A DNA stretch of 64,000 nucleotides, taken from contig NW_027362769.1 in NCBI RefSeq assembly GCF_046119375.1, positions 57,908,001 through 57,972,000 on the forward strand, written 5' to 3'. Position numbers and translations under genes: made by a program. The DNA comes from Phyllobates terribilis (taxonomy: Eukaryota). Below the pieces are notes generated by a model. The model ran no database searches. It was not told where the DNA came from and worked only from the letters and a program-made list of their open reading frames with translations. Shown here one piece after another: positions 38,818 to 52,265 of this stretch; within the stretch, counting starts at the first letter, position 1, and every line of letters begins with the position of its first letter.

Positions 38818-39389
38818 TCAGACTGTGGTCTCTATAGTTTCTATGATCTCAAGATCAGTCTTGGAAGGTGATACCAAGGGAGAAGGCTCCTGCCCCCAGC
38901 AACCATCTGGACTGCAGTCTTCTTCTGAACTAAGGTCTGCTCCTTCCTCTGTATCTTCATCGCATGATTCTAAGTATGGAACTCCAACTGCATTGATTCC
39001 AGAGTCCTCGGAATTAGAAGGTGAAGAGCAGTGATCTATTTTTGGTCCTTCTGTGTCTTTTGGTGGATATACCTCCTGAAGGAACTCTCTTTCAGGCCGT
39101 GACCTGATGCAGGGCGGTATAGAAGGTGGCGGTGGCTGTTGGCGCTGGACATAGCACATCTTCCCATTGATGCATTTGACCTGATAATTATCAAGGAAGA
39201 GGTCCGAGATGGTACAGTAGCGTGGAGATTCTGGTATGAATGGAGGCTGGAAGGAAGAAGCTACTTTGAGAAACTGCTCGGCCAGCGAGACAGATATCTG
39301 CATTGTGTTAGTTTCTTCCTGGGGTTCCACTGGAATTTCTGTGCTCGGAAGCTGTTCCACAGGAGTCATTGGTTGGTATACATATTTGC
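38818..39389 (-). CDS. C3orf70: Terminal coding exon of the C3orf70 orthologue (UPF0524 family)
   Basis: Translation (C)KYVYQPMTPVEQLPSTEIP...DLFLDNYQVKCINGKMCYVQ...SEDSGINA...ESCDEDTEEGA.LSSEED...DLEIIETIETTV* matches the recalled human C3orf70 C-terminal part. Phase-1 acceptor TTTTTTGTGTTTCAG| sits at 39390-39391. The ORF-track ATG (39369) is internal. Confidence 0.9.
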
Positions 39390-40779
39390 CTGAAACACAA
39401 AAAAGGCCTGTAAATTCAGGTTGATCTACCTCAACCTAGCACATTATAAAAACAAATTTTCACATTTATAACAATTTGAAATGTTCACCCAGGTGGAGTC
39501 CACACGCTGCGGCTGGCTGCAAGCGTCCCAATCTCTGCTCATAGTAATGCCCAATTGCACCAAGAATTTGAGACCAAATGGCAAGGCCATTGGGCATCAC
39601 AGTGGGCAGAGATTTTGATGCATGTAACCAGTCAAAGCATGGGGTCTCACTCTAAAGTTTAGCACTTTCTTATTCTTACAGTGTAGGAAATGGAGACAGC
39701 ACTTCTATCAAAATCACAAGCCGTGGATCATCTTATGCAATGTTTCAGCTTCTGTGAGCCATCCAGTATAACAAATGAGCATGAATGATCATTGATTCAA
39801 TTATATTAACATATGGGCATTCATGCAAATCAGAGTGTAAGAATCAATACATAGTGTTATACACTTGCAATACATAAGTGCGATTCAATCTGCAATAATC
39901 TTTCACATTGCGATCCAAATTAATCAAATGTGTTAATTAACCCTATCATTTCATAATCCATCATACTCAAGCGAATCATTTCAATCATCATGTAATCAAA
40001 CACCTTCCTACACCCCTATAGTACATCTTTGCAGAGAGTGTTCCAGGTATCCTGGCCACTCAAGTGCGCATGTCAAAGTTATTGACCGTCAATTCTCTGG
40101 TTGCATCAAAGTCGATGCACTGCGCATGCGCCCGTCTGCTCCTGCTGTCCCACAGCCGGAATAAAGTGTGCAGCTGCGAGTGGGATTCAGAGCACCTTGT
40201 GTGCAATCTTACACTAAGGGAAATTACACCCATGTTGGCTCCCTAGAAAGTTATCTACAGCATACTTCTTTTCACTTGTTTTTTTAACTTAAATAGGACT
40301 AGGAGACACAAGGCCCGTTGTCCTGTAGCGATAATGTCCTGCTGATAAAAAACGGATTGTATTGAATCAGCAAAACACAGCCAAGTAAGTGACATATCGC
40401 TGGACTCAGTTTCCTTATATCAGGTGCGCTCAGATTACATATCAAAAACCTGGTGACAAATTCCCTTTAATAACAGGGTGTGGCCATTCCTATTGGTGCC
40501 ACAGGCTATTGTTCGGCTGATTACCCGCCCATGTAAAGGGTACTTAATTTCAGAAGGAGTCTAGAAATTCCACATTCAATCAGCAAGTGACGACATATTT
40601 TAAAGGTGCCATAATGCGCTCACTTTCTTTTTTTCTAAAAGGGGTTTTCCCACGAACGAAACTTATTATTATTCCAAGATCTATTGAATAAAATTAAGTT
40701 TCACAATTGGATGTGATTAAATAAAATGTCCCTGTGCTGAGATAATGTTATAAATGTGTCCCTGCTGTGTACTGTGTTA

Positions 40780-41547
40780 GGCTATGTGCCCACGATGCAG
40801 AAATGCTCTGGATTTTTCCTGAGCGTTTCTGCATCTCCCTGGCAGAAAAAATGCATGCGGATTGTACATGCGGATTGTTCATGCAGATTGTACATGCGTT
40901 TTTCCTGCCAGGGACATGCGGATGTGAAGCGTTCTTCACATGCATTTCCGCATGCGGGTTGTCAAGCGCTTTCCAAGCGATTTTAGCATCACTTGGAAAG
41001 TGCTTGACAACTTGGTCACACTATATAAATCCATGCAACCGGCATGGATTTATATAGTGTGACCGTAAAAGAATGGTAAAAAATAAAAAATAAATATTAT
41101 ACTTACCTTCTGATGGCCCCCGGTCTCCTTATCCGATCCGTCCTGGCTGCCGACAGCTTGCGATGGTCTAAAAGGACCTGCCATGACGTCATTTAGTCAT
41201 GCGACGGTCACGCGACCGCTGACATCATGGCAGGTCCTTTTAGACCATCGCAAGCTGCCGGCAAGCCAGGACGGATCGGATAAGGACACCGGGGGCCATC
41301 AGAACCGCATAATATCCGCATGTGCACATGTAGTGATGCGGATGTCATGCAGTCCAATGCAAGTCAATGGCGGCGAAAAAGCCGCGATTCCGCAAAATTG
41401 GTAGTGCTGCGGATTTTCCGCAATGATAATCCGCAGCGGAAATTTCCGTAGCATGTGTATAACACATGCGGATTATCATTGGGGACCATGGCAGACCTTC
41501 TACCAAGCGTTTTTTAAGCATTTCTGCAGAAGAATTGCCGCATAGTC
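40780..41547. mobile_element. Harbinger-type composite MITE nested in another MITE
   Basis: TTA|GGCTATGTGCCCACG start and the same arms as 2111-2962. The flanks (40640-40776 and 41700-41830) are inverted copies of one another. Confidence 0.6.
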
Positions 41548-44500
41548 TGACCAAGCAGGAACATGGTCTGATCATACCACATCTCCTGGGCAGGAGGGAA
41601 GCAAAAGGGTATACAGACATTACAGCAGGGGATCACAGCTGATTCTGCTTCCTCCCCTGCCCAGGAGATGTGGTATGATCAGACCATGTTCCTGTACGGT
41701 CAGACACAGCCATTACACATTACACAGCAGGGGCACATATATAAGATTATCTCAGCACAGGAACATTTTATTTAAACACATCCAATTGTGGAACTTATTA
41801 TTCCAAGATCTATTGATTAAAATTAACTTTTTGACAGTGGGAAAAACTAAATATGTGAAATCGTATTGAAATGTGTTCGTGACCATTGGGTTGAACTCAA
41901 CAGAATGGCATAATATGGAAGTGGGTGCCAGTGAAGATGATAAAACAGATAGTAACCATTTTCTGGAAATAAATGGGTAGACGTATGTCTTCCGCAGTCT
42001 GTAACGAGTACGAAAGGATAATTTGAGAGATTGATCCAGGTAAATAATCTGATTTTCATTGTGCTCCAAGAAAGGATTTTTATCTGGATTCCTGCGGTCG
42101 AAATAAATTGGCAGCTGCTGAATTCATGGGGATTTTGCTCTACTTTAGTCTGAACCAAAACAAGGATTTAGGAAATGATGAACTTAATGGTTGTAGGTCT
42201 TTCTGCCGCCCTGATAAGATAATGGCAGAGCTGCTCTTAGGTCAATCACGGCACCAACTGCTGAGTGTCACAGTCCTGTAACTCATTCTGTGCCCGCACA
42301 CAATCTGACCAGAAGGCTTCATGCACACATGTATCGGAGCTTAATACAGACTGTGAGTCCTACACAACCATAATCCAGCACCCACAGACAAATACAGTCA
42401 GTACCTCTCTACGCTTACAATTATGTGGTTTTTCATCTTTATTCAAGAAAAAAACGGCAACTGATGCCATATTACATTACAAGAACAATTCTTCTAAAAA
42501 GCACCAAATGGTGGCGTATAGAGTGCCTACTGGACCAGGGGTATTTAGTGTACCAACCTTGCAGCTTCCAACACGGCTCTACAGCGAGAATGATGTGTGA
42601 TGGGGACCGTGATTAGAGAAGGTTATCACTGACTCTTGTCCCAGGTTTCCACCAGCCTTCATGTTTGCCGGTTGTTCAATAGACTGTTTATACAGGCCAA
42701 CCGCACTTACGATGTAAACCGTATGATCAGTAATAGCTTGTTCTGTGTGCGTAGACTGCAGTTGTTCTCGGCAGCACAGATCCTCTTTATGCTGCCGAGA
42801 ACCATGATCTTTAAAAGAAGCCAGGAGATCATTTCAATTGACAAACGAGCGCTTTGCTCATTCATCAAGTGATCGGCAGCCTGTTTAACCTGCGCGATTA
42901 TAGGGAAAATAGTGTTCCTAGGAATGCTTGCTCTCTATAATCGTGCGGTGTAAATGCACCCTTACACCAATGTCAAATTGCAAATATTATGCCATTGTTA
43001 AGCAAGGACCAGAACTGTCTTAAACTTTTAAAGCAAAATTAGAACTGTATATGACAGATTAGAATTCCAAAATAAGTGCAATACCAACAGTAAGATATAT
43101 CTTCCACCACTTTTGCCAGGTCCCCTGATATGTATTTTAATATATACCTGAATGGCCTATGACATAATTCCTGAGCTTCTTTTTTGGATCCCTATATTGT
43201 GCATTCGGTGTACTACTTCTCCTAAAAATGGATGAATAAATTGACAGCTGAATGTTATCACTTGAATGTCCCTGCACAGTCCTACACTATCCAATCAGTG
43301 GTTTCAGGGTGCATAGGGACAAGCCCCATTGTCAGAGTAAAATAAATATTTTTTTCTAAAGCCGTTCACTGTGAACTCTCTGGAGATGCGAATACGGCCT
43401 TGCTTTCCAAGAATTCCCTTATGAATAGTCATGAACATTCCAAAATAGGAATCCACGACATTCAGCAGAATGATTGCAATTGCACTCTTCCAATAATAAA
43501 TCCTTCTTGCTGATACGCCAGAATACAGCCTGTTTGTTCCCATATTGCAAAGGTTCCACAAATACATCGTATAGCATAATTCAGCAGACAATGCAAATGT
43601 AAATTGTCAACTAGTCATTGAAAATAATCCAAAGTGAAGATCGTTGTAAAAATATTCAATAGGATTATTCGGTAAGGTGGATGCAACGTTACAAAGCAAA
43701 TTAAATACTTGAGGTTTCATAAACTCCATCTTAAAGAGCATTTAATCTACGGTCTACAGTACATAGAAACCCTAAATGGAGTTGTCACAGTTTTATGCAA
43801 ATTGAGCACCCCTAATGATCAGTTGATCAGAATGGAGAGCAATTGTGTACCAGCAGCTCCTCTTCTGGGGGGACAATTACTCAAATCATCAGACTAGTAC
43901 CCATGTAACTCCATCCCACTGCTACTGCATCTTTCCCAGTATTAGGATCAGGACCTGTGGCTATTAGCAGATTGCCACAGCATCTGCATTTTGAAAGTGG
44001 TTGTCTGTAATGAGGCCCTTAAAGGGTGTGTGCATCACAAAATGACTGGTGAAACTAAAGCCCAGGCGCTCCGTGCGCTTTTGGCATGGCCAATTAATGT
44101 AGTGCACCTTCCCAGCTTCACGTTTTTCATCTATTTCTGACTTTGTCTTCTTTGATTGACAGCTCTGGCTCTACAGGAATGAGAAGAGGGCAGAGAAAGA
44201 AGGTTCACTGAACTGCTTGGCCACACCAAGGGTGCACTGAGCAGCTGTGCTTAATTTGAATAGATACCATCCGAGTGCTCTCCATTTGTCACGGACTGCT
44301 AGACAGAATATGGCAGAGAAACTTTTTTATTTTTTTGTTTCTCATCCGAGAACTCCGATGAAACTCGGATCACACTCTGATTAACATGCAAATGGCCATG
44401 GTAGATCTGAAGCCTCTGTCGTTCCAGCTCTATTCCCCGCCCCGCGCCACCGCCTCCTGCTTGACTGTCTGTGTTTATGCTGTGTAATTTCAGGCAAAGA

Positions 44501-44695
44501 AGCCGTTCATCAAGCAGGAGGCAGCACTGGCGGGCAATAAAGCTGGAGTGACAGAGGCTTCAGATCTACCATAGTTTTTCAGCCTGCTTCAGCTTGTCAA
44601 TTCAAATGCCGATTTCTCCGTAATGAACTGACCATGTAAAAAAAAAAGGTATAAATAGTTTGGGGTGTGAAATCCTGCTGACAGATTCCCGTTAA

Positions 44696-47600
44696 AGAGG
44701 ACCTTTCACTGGATTTTTCAATTTAAATTGAGTACCTCCTTCATTTGATGCTGTTTTATTCTTCTTCTGTGCCCTTCTGTTCCCAAGTTATACCCCCCCA
44801 GTAATAATGGTGCAAATTTTCCTTTCAACCAACTGGGCGTATACCACAGAACTTTCCTGTGGGTGTGTGTGTGATTTGATTGGCCAGCATTAGAGGAGAA
44901 AAAGCAAAACGCCCACAGAGAAGTTCTGGGGTATACGCACTGAAAATGTGTACAGTTATTACCCAGGGACATACCGTATATTCCGGCGTATAAGACGACT
45001 TTTGAAGACTGAAAAATCTTCTGTCTAGTCTGGGGTCGTCTTATACGCCGGTAATGCTTTTAAACTTTCAGAAATTGACATGCGGGGATACTCTGGGGGT
45101 GTTAATAAGCTGCCGTGGCCGTATCCCTGCCATGTCGGAGTTAATATAAGGTGGAGGGAGTTAAAATACGGCGGCGGTAGGTCCAGACAGTCAGCGCTTC
45201 TGTGCTGAAACGGACACATCGCTGCGTATTCCCAGCTCCGGACACAGCGCAGGGCTTCTGTGCCGACAGCTTTCACTTGTCACAGAAGCGCTGCGCTGTG
45301 TCCGGAGCAGGGAAGTTCGCATCACTTCTGTGACAATATATGAAAAGCCGGCAATTCAGCAGCGGCATAAGCCGGCACCCGACAATTTAGAATAGAAAGA
45401 ATAGAGCTTCACACATAGATTAGATAGATAGAAACATGTCAGTCACATATATATGAAGTACAGTGACAGTGTTGCTTACTGTACTTGTCATTTAGTGTAA
45501 AGGATTTATTAAAACAAATAATAGTGTTTTCATGCACCGTCTCTTTAAAAAAGCCGGCCGGCAATTCAGCAGCGGTACCCGACAATTTATAACAGACAGA
45601 ATAGAGCTTCACACATAGATTAGATAGATAGAAACATGTCAGTCACATATATATGAAGTACAGTGATAGTGTTGGTTACTGTACTTGTCATTTAGTATTA
45701 AAATAAAGGATTTATTATTAAAAAAATTGGCGTGGGGTTCCCCTTAATTTTAGGCTCTAGCGGAGGTTAAGCAGACAGCTGGGGCAGATGTTTGAAGCCT
45801 GGGAAGGGGGTAATACCCACGGAGCTTCCCAGGCTACTAATATCAGCCCCCAGCTGAATACCTAGTCTTTACTAGCTATTAAAATGGGGGACCCCCCCAA
45901 AAAAATGACGTGGGGTCCCCCCTAATTTAATAGCTAGCAAAGGCTAGGCAGACAGCTGGGGGCTGATATTAATAGCCCAGGAAGGGAGCCATGAATATTG
46001 GCCCCCTCCCAGGCTAGAAACACCAGCCGTCAGCCGCCCCAGAAATGGCGCATCCATAGGATGCGCCAATTCTGGCACTTAGCCTCGCTCTTCCACGCTG
46101 CCCTGGTGCGGTGGCAGGGGGTAATAGGGTTGGGGTTGATGTCAGCTTATAATGCCAGCTGACATCAAGCCCAGGTTAGTAATGGAGAGGCGTCTATAAG
46201 ACACCCCCATTACTAACCCCATAGTCAAAGTTAAAAAAAACACAAACACCCAGAATAAAGTCCTTTAATTGAAATAAAGACACAATTCTTTATTGTTCTA
46301 AATTAAACCATACTTACCGTCACGCCCATTCCAGCTGAAGCCAACGATCTCCTGCAATAAAAGAAAAATAATAAACCAACCTCATCCTTACCTTTCCATG
46401 GTTCCCAGGACCGGTCCAGCTCTGCTACATCGAGATGACAGGCTGGACCGCAGCAGAACGCTGCCATCCAGCCTGTCATCCTGCAGACACTGAAGCGCAG
46501 GCATGCTTGCGCTCCTCAGTGTCTGACTGTGACGGCATCCAGATGAGCCGACAATGAACTCAGCTCACCTCCTGGACGTCCGTCACTGACAGCGTGGGAA
46601 ACTTCTACTGCGCATGCGGGGAGCAGGAGAATTTTCCCACGCTGTCAGTGACGTGCATGAGGTGAGCCGAGTTAATTGGACATGATCTCGGCTCATCTGG
46701 ATGCCGTCACAGTCAGACACTGAGGAGCACAAGCATGCCTGCGCTTCTCAGTGTCTGCCGCATGCTGAACGGCAGCGTTCTGCTGCGGTCCAGCCTGTCA
46801 TGTGAATGTAGCAGAGCTGGACCGGTCCTGGGAACCATCGAAAGGTAAGGATGAGGTTGGTTTATTATTTTACTTTTATTGCAGGAGATCGTTGGCTTCA
46901 GCTGGAATGGGCGTGATGGTAAGTATGGTTTAATTTAGAACATTAAAAAATTGTGTCTTTATTTCAATTAAAGGACTTTATTCTGGGTGTTGTGTTTTTT
47001 TTAAATACTTTACTAGAAATTCATGGCGGTCATGTCTAATATTGGCGTGACCCCATGAATTTCGGGCTTAGGGCCAGCTGATAATGCCAAGCTGGCCCTA
47101 ACCCCTTTATTACCCAGTGAGCCACCGCACCAGGGCCCTGGATGAGTTGGGTACAGCGCCAGAAGATGGCGCTTCTATGAACGCGCCATTTTCCGGGGTG
47201 GCTGCGGACTGCAATTTGCAGCGGGGGGGGGCCCAGAAAGCTTGGGTCTCCCTGCGCTGCAGATTCCAGCCCCCAGCTGCCTAGTTGTACCTGGCTGGAC
47301 ACAAAAATAGGGCGAAGCCCCACGTCTTTTTTTTTTAATTATTTCATGAAATAATTAAAAAAAAAGGGCTTCCCTATATTGTTGTGTCCGGCCAGGTACA
47401 AATAGGCAGCTGGTGGTTGGGGGCAGCCCGTTCCTGCCTGCTGTACCTGGCTGGACACAAAAATATGGCGAAGCCCACGTCAACATTTTTCGGAAAAATT
47501 AATTACAAAATTAATAATAATTTAGGGACTGCATCTTTATTAACCCCTCAATTGTCATTTAGTGTTAAAATAAAGGATTTTTTAAAAAGAAAATTGGCGT

Positions 47601-48144
47601 GGGATCCACCATCATTATAGTCTCTAGCGGAGGTTAAGCAGACGGCTGGGGCAGATGTTTGAAGTCTGGGAAGGGGGTAATACCCATGGAGCTTCCCAGG
47701 CTACTAATATCAGCCCCCAGCTGAATACCTAGCCTTTACTAGCTATTAGAATGGGGGACCCCCCCAAAAAATGACGTGGGGTCCCCCCTATTTTAATATG
47801 TTTATGAGTGACAGTTTTCCTGCTATATACCTGCATGTCATAAGAATTTAAATTAAAAAAGGACCATGTTAAATTCAAATCTGTTTTTTTTTTATTTTTA
47901 CCGGTGTTTGGTATGCGTTGGAAAAGGGGTAGTCTTATACGGTGAATATATCCTAAACTCTATATTTTAACAGGAAAGTAGGGGGGTCGTCTTATACACC
48001 AGGTCGTCTTATACGCCGGAATATACGGTAACTTTGGAACAGAGGGGCACAGAAAAAAAAAAATGTTCCAGAATCAATAGAGCAGCACCAATAGGAGGAG
48101 GTACTTAGATTAAATTACAAAAAAAATCCAGCGAAAGGTCCTGT
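44696..48144. mobile_element. TTAA-flanked (T2/Kolobok-like) MITE hosting a nested insertion
   Basis: TTAA|AGAGGACCTTTCACTGGATTTTT ... AAAAATCCAGCGAAAGGTCCTGT|TTAA. Confidence 0.65.
44974..48028. mobile_element. Non-autonomous pogo/Tc-mariner-like element (3055 bp)
   Basis: Perfect 26-bp TIR CCGTATATTCCGGCGTATAAGACGAC with TA on both sides. Subterminal GTCGTCTTATAC repeats. No transposase ORF. Confidence 0.8.
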
Positions 48145-49100
48145 TTAAACAAGATTTTGAACAACTTGATACAAGTAGACAGCTGAATGACTTGTATTAA
48201 TTCTTAACACCAAAGCGCTGGACTATATAGTCTTTATAATAGCTAGGTATGGCTGTGGCTCATAAATATGAATGCCATATACCTGGCATCTGTGCTGGGA
48301 GGTATAATTCAGTAGACTGCATGTAGAGATAGCAGCAAGTCAGGACATTAAGCCTTCAGCTGCACACTACAATTGGCAGGGTAATTGAGTCCTCATGAAT
48401 AAACATTGTGAACTGGCGGATTAATGTAGTTACAATAACGGAGTTATTATGGTGATGGGAGGAGGGTGCATTAAAGTAATAAACAGAATGGGGAGCATGA
48501 AAGAGGAGGCAAAAATAGAGGTTGCAAAACAAATTGTAAAGTGGGCACATGTGTGCATCTGAATATCAAATGATACAGGGTGCCAATCCACACTCAGCAC
48601 TTCTCCAATCCCATCATGTTTCCACCAATAAATCCTGCAATTAGTGCACACAAGAGAAATTAGAATTTAGACACTAAAAATGGAGTTTCCGGCACTATAG
48701 AAAGCAGCAATTATCCACCACTGCTTCTTGGGCTCAAGCACAACGTAATATTGCAATTCCATTCATGTCCAAAGCAGGAATAGGACACCCATAAAATCAT
48801 ACCAGACCATACTGTGTGTGATAATGCCCTGGTAATGACGTTTAAGAATTATGAGAACACTCACCAAAGCTAAAAAACCATTACAAAATTGTGTACACCA
48901 TTTTATATCTTTTACTATATGAGGCAGTGTTCACACAATGAGCTTGTGATGTCTCTTTCTGAAACAGCGGTAAAATTGCAATGATTATACCATTGTCCTA
49001 GAAAATCACAGAAAAATGGGTAGTTTGGGCATTACTGACTCCAGTCCAATTTCTCGATGCCACATTCTTCACTCGCAGTACACAGAGAGCAGGTAGAGTA

Positions 49101-49520
49101 ACAGACCCCACGCTACACAAGGAGGACAGGTAGTGAAAGACCCCACGCTACACATGATGGGCATGGAGAGGTAGTGAAAGAACCCACGCTACACATGGAG
49201 GGCATGGAGAGGTGGATGACAGACCCCACGCTACACATGGTGGGCAAGGAGATGACAAACCCCACGCTACACAGGGTGGGCAAGGAGAGGATGACAAACC
49301 CCACGCTACACATGGTGGGCAGGGAGAGGATGACTGACCACATGCTACACATGGTGGGCAGGGAGAGGATGACAGACCACACGCTACACATGTAGGACAG
49401 GTAGAAGGTGACTGACCACATGCTACACATGGTGGGCAAGAAGAGGATGACTGACCACACGCTACACATGGGAGGGCAGGTAGTGACAGACCTCGCACTA
49501 CACATGGAGGACAGGTAGAC
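49101..49520. repeat. Minisatellite, about 36-42-bp unit, about 11 copies
   Basis: Repeated GAC(A/T)GACC(C/A)CA(C/T)GCTACACATGGTGGGCA(A/G)GGAGAGGAT. Confidence 0.9.
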
Positions 49521-50519
49521 CTTGTTAGATCACACACATACTACAGGTAAAGTGAAGTAAAAAATGAGAGACCCCTTACTATACAGAGATGATGATCCAG
49601 TACAGCATCAGTCAGTGACATGTAAACAAGGTTCTAATTGGTTCTGAGTGGAATGGCATCACAGACATGAAGGACTCTGGTATTGTTTCCCTCATTCAGT
49701 AACAGAATCCTATTGTGTGCATGAAGTGCGAGTACAGGACATGGGCAAGATGCTATAGACCTACAGGCAACAGGAGAAGTGTTCATGGTGCGGGTTGCAA
49801 CTTTTCCTTAAAGGGAATCTGTCACCACATTTGACCTATCTAATAATGCTGAAAAAAAGTCCTACCGGTATGCCTCGTATCCGATGCCTTGTTGTTGAGA
49901 AATCATCTTTTATCACTTTATGTAAGTGACCTCCTCCACGCTCTGGGGAGGACATTGTCTGGAAGATCACACTGGTAACTACACCTTCATGTATAATAAT
50001 TTCTGGGGGCAGAGTTGTGTGTAATGGCCGCTCTCTGCTCTCCAGATCTCACTGCAGAGCTGTGTGTGATTATACCTGACACATCTGCAGGCCCCTCTCA
50101 GCTTCAGCTTCCAGCTCACAGGCAGACAGGGTGTATGTAATATTGTTGCAATTTAGCAGAGCTGAGAGAGAAGCAAAAAACCAGTTTGTAAGAAGACCGA
50201 TTTCATTTCTCCTGTCCTGTGTTAGTTACTTGTCTCACACTGGTAACTCCCCCTTCATATAAAATAATCTCTGGAGGCAGAGTTATCTTACAGGCACCAT
50301 CAGCCACCGGAGCCTGGAAGAGGTAATTTACATAAAGTTATAAAAGATTATCATCATTGGGTGATCATGATCAGATCAGCTGTCATGAGCAGGAAAAGAT
50401 GCAGGCTCAGTGCAGGAGCCCGCATCAAATGCTGGGACACGACCGAGGATATATCTATAAGTTATCGGTCAGGAAGGGGTTAAACCCTGGTGATGTGAAC
50501 TATACTATTACTAGCCATG

Positions 50520-50790
50520 AAGAGTTTTTCATGAGGGAATGTTACACCTGTCGTACTCTCATGATAATGGTGTGGGGTGGCATAATGCACGGTGGCCGGA
50601 CCTCTCTAGAATTCAATCCAGGTACACCAACAGCTCGGCGTTGCACTGATTTGGCCGTGCCAATATTGTACCAATATTTCTCCAAAGTGCCTCAGGAGCT
50701 GTTTTTCAACACGACAATGCAGGCTTGTGTTACTGTCAGCAGCATGTGTGGCCTGAACGTGCTACCACGGCATGCAGCATCTCCGTACTG
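50520..50790 (+). pseudogene. Old Tc1 transposase fragment
   Basis: IMVWGGIMHGGRTSL resembles the Tc1 catalytic core (compare [13 protein letters not shown] in family A). Confidence 0.45.
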
Positions 50791-51384
50791 TATATCTAGA
50801 CGGAAATAAAATGTGACCCTTTCCCACAACCTAATATACAGCTACTCAAAATGAGGACAGAATACATTAGGTATTAGTTAAAGAAGTTTTCCAAGAATAG
50901 AGAAAAATAAACTAAATAGCTTCAATTAGAAAATCCCGCTTATTTTTTCTATACAAAACTAGAGAAAAAACGAGTGTACTGGCATAAAAAGAACTTTATT
51001 AATAAATCATTAAAATGTCATATAGATAAATACATAGTATAAAGTGCAGACATGCGGATCAAAACCTCATTAGGTCTCCAGCCCAAAACCTGTGAGGACA
51101 TATACCAATCATCTAGGGCAACATATAAACGTACCTAGATCATCCTAACATCAAATCAAGCAATAAGAGAGGAGTGAAATATAAGGATACATAAGAATAG
51201 TAAGGGGTAAGATGTTTAAATGAATGTGACACAAATTAAATTGGGATAATATCGACACAGTCAAATGTTCAATATTCGCTTCCAGCGTACATAGCATTCG
51301 TAGAACAATAGTCGCTTACCCCAAAATATAGTGTCACAGATGGTGCAGGGACCACAAGAGGGTGGGTGCCAGGAACACAAGGAG

Positions 51385-51422
51385 GCCTCGACGCGCGTTT
51401 CGCGTGAGCTTTTTCAAGAGGC
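51385..51422 (-). ncRNA. Minimal type-I hammerhead ribozyme motif (U3-A8 variant)
   Basis: Exact reverse complement of the 55573-55610 motif. Predicted cleavage between 51390 and 51389. Confidence 0.75.
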
Positions 51423-52265
51423 GTCTAATGGTGCATGTACCAGGACCTTTTTATATTTCCCTCCCAATCCGATATGTCACGTGTATAGTCACATGACACA
51501 TTCAAGATGGCCGTGATCGGGACGGGGAGTAACGGCGCATGCGTCGGGGTGGACCCTGCCCAAGCATGAACCCACACCGCCCATCATGATGCGGGCGCGA
51601 CCCGGAAGTGTCAATGGACTACTTCCGGGGAGCGCCGACACCATGGAGACAGGGGACGCGGGGGGGCGGGAGCAACCCAACGCATGCGCACATCCCCGTC
51701 CCAACCCACACAAATACCAACAAATGACAGGTCAGTCATCCTGCAGCTTTTAATAGAAAACGGAAAGGAAAGGGAAAAAGTGAAAGAAGGGGGGATGAGA
51801 ACATAAGAGAAAACAACAAAGGGATAGACAGAAAACTAATAATAATAATCAATATTTATAAACAGATAAGGAGAAGAAAAAATATTCACCATAATAAATA
51901 CACAAAATAAACAATAATGGCATGATGAATCATTCATCCCATAATGTTGCTAGAGCAGAACAGGAAATTCAAAGATGTCAAATCAAAAAGGTAGAGGCAG
52001 AAATAGGGTCCTTGAAGAGAGATCACTAGATAAAAGAAAAAAACACCATAGTTACTAACAAACACAATTAAAATAAATAAATAAAAATAAAAAGACACGA
52101 GAAAACCCTCTTGTGATAGAAGTATATATATTTTACAGCACAGGTTCGCAGGAGAGCATATAGACTTCAATTCACTAGAATCCATAAAATAGAGTGGCAA
52201 ATGGTAGGGCATCACCTCATCACAACTAATAGAGGCAAAAAGGCGCAGAATGGGAACGAATCTCA

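Noticed and set aside
49113-49537. Cys-rich repetitive ORFs (metallothionein- or keratin-like appearance)
   Set aside because: Translation of a minisatellite of about 39 bp that is open in several frames, with no splice signals or unique sequence.
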